Positions 13,778-50,948 of a stretch of DNA of 64,000 nucleotides are shown here, piece after piece. The DNA is from Tubiluchus corallicola (Eukaryota; Animalia; Priapulida). The DNA is taken from contig JAQGDQ010000642.1 in NCBI GenBank assembly GCA_030141605.1, positions 56,237 to 120,236 on the forward strand, written 5' to 3'. Numbering within the stretch: the stretch's first letter is position 1; each line of letters opens with the position of its first letter. Below the pieces are notes generated by a model, which was given only the letters and a program-made list of their open reading frames with translations, did not search any database and was not told the DNA's origin. The translations under genes were made by a program, and so were the position numbers.

Positions 13778-13880
13778 CATCAAAAATTCTTATCAAACCA
13801 CATCGTGTGTTGACTGTTTTCATGCGAGTGGCTTGAGTTTCTTCCCGCGTCCGCCACGCGTCGCGGCGCCACCAAGCATA
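13778..13880 (-). promoter_or_regulatory. CpG-rich promoter and non-coding first exon of the left-hand gene
   Basis: Isolated CpG cluster (TTCCCGCGTCCGCCACGCGTCGCGGCGC) including an E2F-like TTCCCGC; strong donor G|GTGAGT at 13778. Confidence 0.55.
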
Positions 13881-14464
13881 ACTATGCCACAGGGCAATGC
13901 AAGACTATTATAGCGTAAATAATAACATACAAATGTATTACGCCTTATTTTATATCTGTTGTGCCATTTTAACAGTAGTAATTTTCTCATTTTCTTCTCA
14001 CTGTGGAAGAAAAATTAATTTAAAAGGTCATTTACGTTGCCGAAGGCAAGAACTTTAGGCGAATTTGACATTACATACTGCCTATGTATGTACACTTTGT
14101 ACAGTCCTGATTATCAAGCAGCTTGCACCTCCCTAGTATTGTTTTACTGTTTACTGATTGCTTAATGATATTATTATTCTTCACTGTTATTTAGCATAAT
14201 TTTATTTCTATAAATTTAACATGTATTTTATTTTTATAATCTTTCATTTAAAAAGCTGGTACAAATACCTACTACTTTTTTAAATTCTTTTTTCTTTTTC
14301 CATTGATAAGTTATACAATTTTCATGTAAGCGTGATGTTAGTATCAGTATACCATATCTTAACATTTGTTTATGAAACTAACTTTCCACACAGCCGGTTT
14401 ATGTGTTATTTAACGGGTTATGTAGTATTTAACGTGTATGCTTTGCCAATGTACATTGTATGTA

Positions 14465-15295
14465 CAGTCATTTGCAAAAGTTTAAGACCAAGCACGAGTT
14501 TTCGGGATTTTCATCATACTGTACCCTGATTGCGTCAGATTATTTGTTGATTGCATCATACTGCTAGTGGTTTGAAACAGTACGTCTAGTGAGTATGAGT
14601 GACTCATTTGCCTGCCGCTATCCATACAGATCGGCCGTTTTTGTATCTTTCTTATGATCTAAAAATGGGCAAAAAATCGTCATTGAGTGAGACTCGGAGG
14701 GTTCAAATCGTGAAACACCCTCCAAGTCAGATGATCAGGGGTGCCATGTCGTGTTCTGGGACAGCTGGACTCTACTTCCTCCCACCCAATACCACTATGA
14801 ATGGTCCTAGGTACGTCGAACTGCTTCAAGAAAAACTAGAATTGCTCAGTCTTCATGCAAGACGGAGCTCCTTGTCATAGATCGAAGGTGACCACCAATT
14901 TCCTCAGGGAGAAGAACATCGCCGTACTTGAATGGCCTGGAAACAGCCCGGACCGCAATCCGATAGAGAATCTCTAGGAGATACTGAAGGACAAGGTGGC
15001 AAACAGGCAGCCATCAAGTGGTGAAGACTTGCGAAGAGTTATCAAGGATTTTTGGGTTAAAGAAATTACTTCCGAGTACTGCCAAAACCTAATTTCCAGT
15101 ATGCCTCTTAGAATGAAGGCAGTGATTGCCAACTTCGGTGGCCATACAAAGTAGTAAAATGTTCAAGGACTGTGACTATTTTTGGAAAAAAATATACAAA
15201 CTATGCTGTAGTTTTTAGATGGAACCGTGTTAAACGATCGTTTTGTCAATTTTCATGAAAAAATCACTTTGGTCTTAAACTTTTGTAAATGATTG
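14465..15295 (+). mobile_element. Tc1 (DD34E) transposon, internally deleted, transposase pseudogene
   Basis: TIR CAGTCATTTGCAAAAGTTTAAGACCAA and TA TSD. Reads MGKKSSLS... fused to KHPPSQMI.GAMS, then FMQDGAPCH...WPGNSPDRNPIENL* with 34 residues between D and E; ends GGHTK. Confidence 0.95.
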
Positions 15296-15858
15296 TATTT
15301 GTGCAAATAAATCTGAAGTGAATTGAATCTAGTTCTCGTGAGAGTTAGACTGAACTGCATCTTCCATGTCAATAAAAAAATAACAAAACCAACAAAAAAT
15401 TCATCACATTAATTAATTTTATTTATTGATACACAATCAAATTGAAAAATCTAATATATCTAGCATCACAACTATTCAACATATCCGCAAAGACTGTTGC
15501 ATAATATACAAATTCTCGAGTTTGCTGAGCAAGACCACTTAAACCTTTACCAAATAAAATGGCAGATTTCTATTTCCAGACTTGAATTATACAGAGTTAG
15601 AGTCAACAGTGCAGTTACCATTTTATCATTAATAGTGACTTACAATTAACAAGACAGTAAAATGATACGTATTTAAATTTAATTTAGCAATCTATTGAAA
15701 AGCTCACTGTGACTGACTATCTGCACAAAATGAATATTAAATCATTAAGCTGAAATTAATGAATGGCTGTTACAATGCAAATTGGAACAAATGAATAAAC
15801 ACGTGCAGCAAAAATCACCATTTCTAATGCTCAATGGGTAATAGCCAGGGTAGAAATA

Positions 15859-16746
15859 CAGAAGGGTGGACACAGGCTTCAGAAAAGGGTGAGCCCAATG
15901 AAAAAGCAGCTAGGGGGATCTTAGACCATTTTTCTTACTATTTCCACAAGCAAATCCAATAGTTTAAAACTCATTATGTAATCTCAAAACTTTTGACTCT
16001 TAATTACACACCAATATACTAGTGTGCACCCTAGTACAGCATATAACTGTGCAACACTTTAATTATTCCTTAAAGGGCACACCATTTTTACACTAAAATC
16101 ATTAATGCAGAACTTTTTACTCGATATAAGTCATTAAAAGCTACCACCAAACGTTCTAAAGCTTATAATCCAGAGAAAATATTCACTTGGTGTGCTGTAA
16201 CTGCTACTATGAAAGGGTGGGTCCAGGCTATTATTATTAAATTATTAAAGCCATGTTATTAAAGCATAGTACGTCGCATTTAATATACACACATGTATTT
16301 GTAACAAAATGTGTAGTTAGCCACAATAAAATATAAAAATAACACACAGCAGTAGCGGACTTACGGGCCTGTGCACCAAGGGGCTTGGGCCCACCCTTTC
16401 ATAGTAGCAGTTACAGCACACCGAGTGAATATTTTCTCTGGATTATAAGCTTTAGAACGTTTAGCGGTAACTTTTAATGACTTATATCGAGTAAAAAGTT
16501 CTGCATTAATGATTTTAGTGTAAAAACGTTGTGCCCTTTAAGTGATAATTGAAGCTTTTTGGCAAAGATGTTGCTGTGCGCAATTATATGCTACACTAAT
16601 GAGTTCTAAACTATTGAATTTGCTTGAAGAAACAGCAAGAAAAATGACCAAAATGCAGTAAAATGCATTGGCAGCTGGGGCTCTCCAGACCACTTAGCCG
16701 CTTTTTCATTTGGCCCACCCTTTTCTGAAGCCTGTATCCGCCCCTG
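15859..16746. repeat. Two MITE copies in inverted orientation (arms about 15859-16228 and 16383-16746)
   Basis: 16070-16228 is the near-exact reverse complement of 16383-16542; the right copy has CAGTAGCGGA/TCCGCCCCTG ends. Confidence 0.85.
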
Positions 16747-17317
16747 TACAGTACCAATAGCCGATAACATATGTAATGAACAAAAAGTTTGCAGTGCAAA
16801 AATTTGGTGCTACCGCTATGCAATTTTCATTTAAATACAAGTGCAAATTCAAATATTTTACTTTTAGTTGCATAACACAAATTGCACAATTGTATATAGT
16901 TCTAATGAACATCTACATAAATGGTTATCTAAACTGGAACAACGGGAAGATAAAACAATGCTTTTACTAATCCACATGCATTCAAATAGAAAATAAGCAT
17001 GCAATAATACAAAGCAACACTCAATGTTAAAATCTAACACTATCAGCAAGAAATATTTCATTGGTATAAATACATATATTCAAGAACACCATAACTATGC
17101 ACAAAGTGACAATGAAACTTGATTTTAATACACTGCATAATATACATACTGCATATATGAGACCAATACACTATATAAAAAATATACCTTTATTTAGTTG
17201 AACTTGTAATTTCGTTTTCATTAAGTGCTTTTAAACTCACACGCAGTCAGTCTGCTTAACTGCTGTGGGGGACAGAAGAAATCATTGAGACTACTCATAC
17301 ATCTGATGTTATTCGAC

Positions 17318-17983
17318 ATTTGTGTGCTTGCATAACAAAATCGTCTATAAGTCGGCAATTAAGCTTTTCTAGTTATTCAAATATCTTGAACCTCCATTTC
17401 ATGAAGATCATTTTGATACCAAGCTCATTGTTCTATGGTATTTCTAAGCCGAGATAATCTACTTTGAAGCTGAAGTGCAGGCTGTGCACTGAAAAACATA
17501 ATCTTGAGAAAATTGCTGTTAAAGCCAGCCATTGTTTTTTGTTGTGTTTCTACAAAACAGAAAGCAACCGCACAAATGTTGGTTGCTATGGGTTTTACAA
17601 GAACACATTTAAATCCAGTAGATGGCTCTTCCTGACAAAGATCTGGGCTTGTCAACAGAAAAAACCCAAAGCAAAATGACAGCTTCCAGGAGCAACTATC
17701 GGAAAATTGCAAATACAAGTTTTTACTCAATCGCATTAGTAGTTTCTAGCCAGAAAAGTGGGTACGGGGTTAAAAACAATGTTTAGTATTTTTAGTATTT
17801 TTTGAACACTTTCTTGATAATATGATGCTAGTATATGAAAGTCCAATATATTTATCGTTTGTTTTTACAAAAAACAAGAAATTGACATTTGACCAAATGT
17901 TTGGTGAAATCTACTTTGAAGAATCATAACGTAGTTTTAAGTATGACGACTTATGGGTGGTTTTGGTTTGCAAGCACACATAT
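17318..17983 (+). mobile_element. Non-autonomous TIR element with 3-bp TSD (superfamily not assigned)
   Basis: TIR ATTTGTGTGCTTGCA../..TGCAAGCACACATAT; TSD gac/gac; inverted copy at 28368-29023. Confidence 0.85.
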
Positions 17984-18995
17984 GACATATGCCACAAATC
18001 TTCACTGTTTACAAGCACACATATGACATATGTCACAAACCTTCACTGTTTGCAAGCACACATATGACATATGCCACAAATCTTCACTGTCTGCAAGCAC
18101 ACATATGACATATGCCACAAATCTTCACTGTCTGCAAGCACACATATGACATATGCCACAAATCTTCACTGTTTACAAGCACACATATGACATATGTCAC
18201 AAACCTTTACTGTTTGCAAGCACACATATGACATATGTCACAAATCTTCACTGTTTACAAGCACACATATGACATATGCCACAAACCTTCAGTGTTTGCA
18301 AGCACACATATGACATATGTCACAAATCTTCACTGTTTACAAGCACACATATGACATATGTCACAAACCTTTACTGTTTGCAAGCACACATATGACATAT
18401 GTCACAAATCTTCACTGTTTACAAGCACACATATGCCACAAATCTTCACTGTTTACAAGCACACATATGACATATGCCACAAATCTTCACTGTTTGCAAG
18501 CACACGTATGACATATGCCACAAATCTTCACTGTTTACAAGCACACATATGACATATTCCACAAATCTTCACTGTTTACAAGCACACATATGACATATGT
18601 CACAAACCTTCACTGTTTGCAAGCACACATATGACATGTGCCACAAATCTTCACTGTTTGCAAGCACACATATGACATATGCCACAAATCTTCACTGTTT
18701 ACAAGCACACATATGACATATGCTACAAACCTTCAGTGTTTGCAAGCACACGTATGACATATGCCACAAATCTTCACTGTTTACAAGCACACATATGACA
18801 TATGCCACAAATCTTCACTGTTTACAAGCACACATATGACATATGACACAAATCTTCACTGTTTGCAAGCACACATATGCCATATGCCACAAATCTTCAC
18901 TGTTTGCAAGCACACATGACATACGCCACAAATCTTCACTGTTTACAAGCACACATATGACATATGCCACAAATCTTCACTGTTTACAAGCACGT
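17966..18995. repeat. 41-bp minisatellite, about 25 copies
   Basis: CAAGCACACATATGACATATGCCACAAATCTTCACTGTTT(A/G) restarts at 17971, 18012 and onward. Confidence 0.97.
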
Positions 18996-19163
18996 ATTTG
19001 TGAAATAAAAATCAAGGTAATGACATCCAAGTTAAGCAGAGATGACTGTAGTATTATTAGCTGCCATATTTAGCCTAACATTTCTCAATACACGTCTGTG
19101 CAGTGATCATAATTCTGAAATGCATATTCACCCACAACTATAATATTTCACAGGTTTGTTTAA

Positions 19164-19694
19164 AGGAAAACCGGATGACTGTCTAGACTCAATCTCGTTT
19201 TAATTTACTGTCCAAAATATACATTTTCTTGCCTACAAAAGTTAACAATTGTTCCTTATATTTGAATAATTAGCTTAGAAAGTTAATTAACGGCAACTGA
19301 ACACAGCTATTGCTCACGTCAGAAACTAACCACAGTTTGTGCAACGCAGGCATCTTATGTTGCGCATCAAGCACATTTACATAAGTGTTACAGTACTGTT
19401 TAAATGCATGGTGTCACGAAAAATCGGCTTTACATCAAATGACGTCAGAAACTAACACTGCAGTTCATGATCACGGTATTTGTCGGCCACGCTCACGTGA
19501 CAAAAAGGCACTGCTGCCAATTTTAGTAGATTCACTGAGCCGCGCGTAGCTTTGAAAGTTTAACGAAATGTGAGTATCAAAGTTAATTATTATTTAATCT
19601 AAGCTTTGATTTAAACAAAAAGCTATTGTAGTTCTCAATATTTTAGAGCATTCTTTATTCTGAACTAATGTTTACACAATCATCCGGTTTTCCT
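19164..19694. mobile_element. Kolobok-like MITE about 215 bp downstream of the Myb stop codon
   Basis: Perfect 14-bp TIR AGGAAAACCGGATG/CATCCGGTTTTCCT with TTAA TSD. Confidence 0.85.
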
Positions 19695-19908
19695 TTAAGA
19701 GACTTTATTAGTCTGGACGAAGGTATAAATATACTATTTGTTTATCTTAAGCAATCACACATTATTTTAGGCACTTTCAGAAGATGTACTACTACCCGAA
19801 ACCCTAAATACAAGAACCAGCAAAAAACTAACCAATTGCACTAGATGTTTACTTGCAACAGCTGTCTTCCAATGCGCTACCAAAAGTTTCCAGTGTTTTC
19901 AGCGACCA

Positions 19909-45337
<25,429 letters not shown>

Positions 45338-45558
45338 ATTTTACCGTGCTGATGTAAAACAGAGACATAACTTCTCTTCTTTCGTTTAAAACCAGTTTAC
45401 GTGCCTAAAATATAAATGCAAAAAAAACAAAGAACGTGACAGTCCTTTCATTAGTAATTATTATACCGGTTATACAGCATAAACAAAGGATAACTCACAT
45501 ATATCATAGTACATTTTAATAACACCAACGTAATGTGAGCATAACTAAAAATACCTAC

Positions 45559-45790
45559 CTCTATAATTATAGAATAAAAGATGACTCTATGGATCACATA
45601 ACTTCAATCGTAAATAATCCTTTTCTAGTTTAGCCAGCTTGGCATAGCCTCTGTCATGCAAAATTGGCGGTATTTGCTTTTAACGGAAATCTTTTGATGT
45701 CGTTCAACTCATGTGGCATTTATTGTGCGCCGTTTCCGAACCGCGCGAAGTATTATGGCGACAGAAACTGAGTTTGCCTTAGTAGCAGAG
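45559..45790 (-). promoter_or_regulatory. Myb promoter / non-coding first exon
   Basis: CpG cluster at 45725-45762; E2F-like TTCGCGCGG and TTGGCGG; Myb site TAACGG at 45681; donor AG|GTAGGT at 45559 and acceptor ttttag at 45403. Confidence 0.55.
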
Positions 45791-47925
45791 TCCGTTCTCC
45801 TTCTCCATTTTATAATAATCATAATGATAATGATGATGATGATGATGTTGAAGATGCTGATATTGGTGACAATGATGATAATAATAATAATTATTTGAAA
45901 TTAATTCAACTAAATCAAACTAAATTGGTTAGTTATTTTTTAAATTTACTAAATTTTGGTGAGCATGTGAGCTAATTAGGCATTCGATAAAATAAAATAA
46001 TTATCGTTAGTTCCGAGCCGCTTGGATGAACAATATTAAATTTGGCTTCAAGAACCTTCTTGACTTGTCATTGAGGTATGTGATTTTTATGTTGCCTTAA
46101 CTTCAAGGAGGTACAATGGCCACGTGTTTCCCACTGCTTCACATGCAATTAATGAGGCATTGGTCAACATCTGTTTTTCTTTTAAACCTATAATTATTTC
46201 TTTAATTAACCAATGCCGTTTTTGGGATCACCATATACTGCACTTGTTCTCCAGTAATTTAGTGCACATGTAGTAGTACACCTACGGTATATAGTAAGAG
46301 TGAGCATCGAACGTTCAAATTCGATTGGAACGATTTTTTAAAGTTAGAATTCGACTCTAACCTAAAATTATAGATTTGTATAATTCAGCAAGACAGCTTC
46401 ATATGTTTTTTATCATTAAAATGTTAGAAACAGCAAGCAAGTAGCACAGTTTAGCTGCAGCTTCTGCGCCCAAACTAATAGCGGTTTTACTGCAGAACAA
46501 AATAGAGCAATATGCATGATCTTTGTAAGACCACTTTTTACTGATGGCTCGAAAACTGGTTTGAAAATCTTTCAAACTCAATTCGAATTTGAAATATTGA
46601 AATTCGCTTCGATTTGAATTCTGTTCAGGTAGAGAATGGTCAGCAATAGTACATGGACTAGTAAGGCGAAAGGCGTCCAAAACAGACGATTCACATTGGC
46701 TGTGGATAATGCATTTTGGGCCGTATACTTAGATAGGGGTGCCTAGCTGGCACAACAATTCAATTCAATACAAGTTTATTTTGCACAAATACAGTCAAGT
46801 ATCGTAGAAGAAACAATAGGTAGACGAGAGCATGCCACGTTTTAGAACACATAAGCATTATTCAGATGATGATGATAGAACAAGCTTTTCTTTTTCTTTC
46901 ATCTCTACAATCTACACTGACACTCATAATTACTCTAGCCGTTGTCTGCTCCAAGCATTAAGTCTTGCTAATTGGGTTTACAGAACATAAATCTTCTTCT
47001 TTTGCTGTATCATTTCCAAGTATTTTTTCCTACCTCGCTGGGTAATCATGCAGTAAATCGATGATAATATTTGCTGAGTAACTGACCATGCGGTAAGCAC
47101 TATATAGCAGTGAGAAACATTTCTGGCCATATTTAGCAAGTTAACTGCTGGAGCAAACCATAAATATTATTTTTTCCAAATGATCACTAGCCATGATACA
47201 TGTAAAGAAAGACTGCAAACCAGAAAATTTAAGATATAAGATCTGTCCATCTGTCCAATGCCTAGTCCTTTTTATGTCAGTGTGAGTAGCAACCCATGTT
47301 GTACTGCTAGGCTGTGATTTTTAATTAATTTAACATGCTGATGTGCAAATGCACATTTTTGCACAAATACAATAATGCCATGCAACTTCAACATCATTAA
47401 CACATGTTCAGAGTAGCTTTCCTGCTTTCCAAGGGTACAGGGGATTTCTTAATAGCACACCAATGATAGCTTTAGCAATTCAGCTCCCCATGTGTGATTC
47501 ATCCAGGGCTCAAATGCTATCATATCATTTTTGAAATCCCCGTACAGTTGTACCTTTCAACCATGGAACATGAATTTTCCATCACACATTTATTTTTAAT
47601 ATATTTTCATCTAAAAGACTCTGTATGCAAGTCCCATTCTTTTTCTGTCAACTGTTTAACACAAACTTTAACTAAACTCGACTCGATTGTTTAGTTACCC
47701 TAACGCCATAAGGCAAACATGCGCAGACAGCTGCAGCCTCCACTTTTCTCTTACATCTATAGTTTCAACTAGTTTAAGACAGAGTTACAGATTTGTTGCA
47801 AAATTTCGGCTTGTTAACTTTTAAAGATTTCTTTTATTAGCAGTAAACAAAGGTGGAAAATTCAATCGTTCAACCCATTTATATACCACCTGGCAAACAA
47901 AAAACAACTTGGATAGCTAAGATAA

Positions 47926-48606
47926 TAGACCAGGAGCCCGGAGCGTTTAATCGTACGAAGAGAGGCAAAAGGTTTGACATGGTCATTCAGTACTAGTAGC
48001 TCAAAGATACTACTCGAAAAAACCAGATTTCTGCCTACCCCTGGCCTGAACATTAAGTGGCAAATAAGGCCCCCAAAAGTCATTGAATTAAACACAGATA
48101 GGCAGACACCATTTCTCATCCATATTGATTCCTAGTGAGCCAATATTCCAAAAATGCATATAAAAAATAAAAATAAGGTGACCTAAAAGTTATTTAATCA
48201 AAGGAAGTCCGGCATGAAAAATATCAATGGCACTGGGTTCAGTAGAAGGTGGATAATCGAAAAAACATCAGTGACAGCAATTTCTCCCTGAACGGAAGTA
48301 ATTAACAGTAGCATTTTTCTACGGGTTACCAGCATTCGATTTATTCAGATATTGACCGGCAACAGTCAAACTTGGTCAGAATGATTAGTACAATGTAAGG
48401 ATTTTCTGAAAATAACAAGATTGCTAAATGCAATCATACATTGCCCGGCAAGGATGAAATCAGTGCAATTCGAAAACATATGCATGAAATAATCAACAAC
48501 AGTAAATTATGCATGACTATAGTCAAAAACAGTAAGTATTCTCAAAGACCTAAAATGAAGTTTTTTTTACATGGAATGAAGTACCAATAAATACTGTAAA
48601 CGTTCC

Positions 48607-48652
<46 letters not shown>

Positions 48653-49630
48653 TGCAAAAAACAAGCTTCATCAAAAATGTACACTACAGTTTAAGCTAGT
48701 CACTACCAAAAAGCAATTCGAATTTAATGAAAGCTAAAAATCATTGTAATCGTCTCCATCGTCACTGTCTTCCGACCATGCACTTTCTGAATCTACTCTA
48801 TGGTAAGTAGCTAAATCATCATCGACTAATGGAATTTTAGATTCATCGTTGTTTTCAATGTCTGTATCAGCATTGTAGAGATCTCCTTATTCCTCTTGTT
48901 CTCATTTGGTGAGAATCCTCATTTCCACTAACTTCAGCATTATTGCCTTCTGTTTTTGACTATAGTCACGCATAATTTATTGGTGTTGATTATTTTGTGG
49001 ATATATTTTCGAATTGCATTGATTTCATTCTTGCCGGGCAATGTATGATTACATTTGGTAATCTTGTTATTTTCAGAAAATACTTGCTGTTCATTGTAAA
49101 CGTTCAGAAGAAAAATGCTGGCGATGATGATTTTGTGTTTGGAACATTGTACTAATCATTCTGGCCAAGCTTGACCCTTGCCGATCAATATATGAATAAA
49201 TCGAATGCTGGTAACAGGTAGAAAAATGTTACTGTTAATTACTTCCGTTCAGGAAGAAATTCCTGTCACTGATGTTTTTTTTTATTATCCACCTTCTACT
49301 GAACCCTACAGTGCCATTGATATTTTTCGTCATCTTAAAGGTCACTGTTCAAGGTCACGTTCAACTCAGAATTGCTGTTTTTTCATATGCATTTTTGAAA
49401 TATTGGCTCACTGAAATATTGAATCAATATGGATGCGAAATGGTCTTTGCCTATCTATGTTTAATTAAATGACTTTTGAGAGCCTAAATAAGGCCTCCTA
49501 GCCACTTAATGTTCAGGTCAGAGGTCGGCAGCAATCTGGTTCTTTTAAGTAGTATCTTTGAGCTACTAAATAAGCATGTCAAACCTTTTGCCTGTCTTCG
49601 TATGATTAAGCGTTCTGGACTCCTGGACAA
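47926..49630. mobile_element. Long-TIR (about 600 bp arms) Academ-like non-autonomous transposon
   Basis: Arms 47926-48531 and 48950-49630 are reverse complements; termini TAGACCAGG/CCTGGACAA; 3-bp TSD taa/taa. Confidence 0.7.
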
Positions 49631-50097
49631 TAAATAAAGATGTTCATCAGCTTCAGCCAAATCTATCTTTAGGAGTAGAAGAACTTACACTGTTAGTTGT
49701 AGATAGGAGTGGGTGAAATTAATGTTGATGCCTCACTGCCTACAATAGGTGGAATGAGACTTTCAAGAATAAGAAGAAGAACCCTTCTATGATTGAACTA
49801 TTGATAAGAGTATTACTAAGTACTGTGTTTATCATTTCAAATGAGCCGCTGTACAACAGAACTAAAGAGGAACTCGATCTGAATTTAACTAAAGCATCAC
49901 AGTAGTGAAACAGTCGATGCATCAAATCTGCCGCACTTTTGCAAATTATTGAGGAGAGACTGTCAATTACCTTGATATGGTTAGGTCAGGTCTCGTAGAC
50001 TTCACAAGCAAGCAGTTGAAAACTTTAGCTGCAAACTAAAAACAATGGAGTATTGTAATAAATTGTTACAACTAGGCGTTGTTACAATGGGTGCATA

Positions 50098-50677
50098 TAG
50101 GGTTACCATATTGTATGAGTTGAAAAAGAGGACCACAAGTCGAGCATTCGGCTTCCCAGTAATATCGACCTGTGCGAAAACACCGGTACTTGGCCTTCAT
50201 TTCATCTGTAAATGCACACTGTCGTTTCGGCAATGCTACTTTCTAATTAACTTTTACCAGTTGCTCAAAACTGCAAAACAGCAAAACTATACAAATTTAA
50301 AGAAACTCACATAAAACAAACAAAATGGCTCCTGGAAGCTGACGTCATTTTAAGTCGTTAGCGAATACGCCGAGTATCGATAGCGGCGTGAGTCGTGTGA
50401 CCCATAGTGATGTGCACATCGCTTACTTTTGTTCAGTAAATATGTAAACAAAGCTTTTACAAGGGTTGCATTTTGAGATGTTAGCAACATCTTGTATTGA
50501 AAATTAATGAGCTTTTCTTTGTCTCGTACTGTCGTATGCCTCTGCAGTTGGCAACGTCCGTACGTACTTACGGATTGAGGCAAAACCCGGACAAAGTGCC
50601 GATTTTTTGAAAACCCGCCCGGACAGAGGCCCAAAAAGAAGACGTGTCCAGGGAAACCCGGACATATGGTCACCCTA
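50098..50677. mobile_element. hAT-type MITE about 270 bp upstream of the TUBE1 ATG
   Basis: TIR TAGGGTTACCATAT/ATATGGTCACCCTA; TSD ggtgcata/ggtgcaca; CCGGAC subterminal repeats. Confidence 0.88.
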
Positions 50678-50948
50678 GGTGCACAGTTATACCACAAAAA
50701 GCTACACATTTTTCATCAGTTTATTAGTTCTTCATGTAGTGTAATGTTCAAATTTAGAAAATGTTTATTTTAAATAGTGAATTAGTTGCTTATATTAGCT
50801 GAAACTCAAAAACAACTAGCTAGATGCATGATAATGTGCAGACTTAGCATTTTACACACACTAAATGAGTTGTGCAGATTTGTCGTTCTTTTGTATTGTT
50901 TTGCAATCCAATTTTTCAGGTAATATTTAACCAGGATAGTTCCAGAGC

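Noticed and set aside
17966-18995. CRISPR-like appearance of the 23-41 bp arrays (also 26455, 29420, 37654) and C/H-rich ORFs
   Set aside because: Units are head-to-tail with no unique spacers, there are no cas genes, and the context is eukaryotic. The ORFs are translations of the repeats.
19852-19908. Possible 3' UTR intron (AA|GTAAAC about 57 nt after the Myb stop) implying NMD control
   Set aside because: Weak donor and no identifiable acceptor.
45713-45898. Plus-strand ORF MATETEF... at the Myb promoter
   Set aside because: Runs into a (GAT/AAT)n microsatellite and a stop codon; no donor in frame with TUBE1, whose own MTQS start is intact.
46950-50010. Degenerate LINE RT interrupted by the long-TIR element
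   Set aside because: Only vague motif remnants with no intact YADD; not supportable without alignment.
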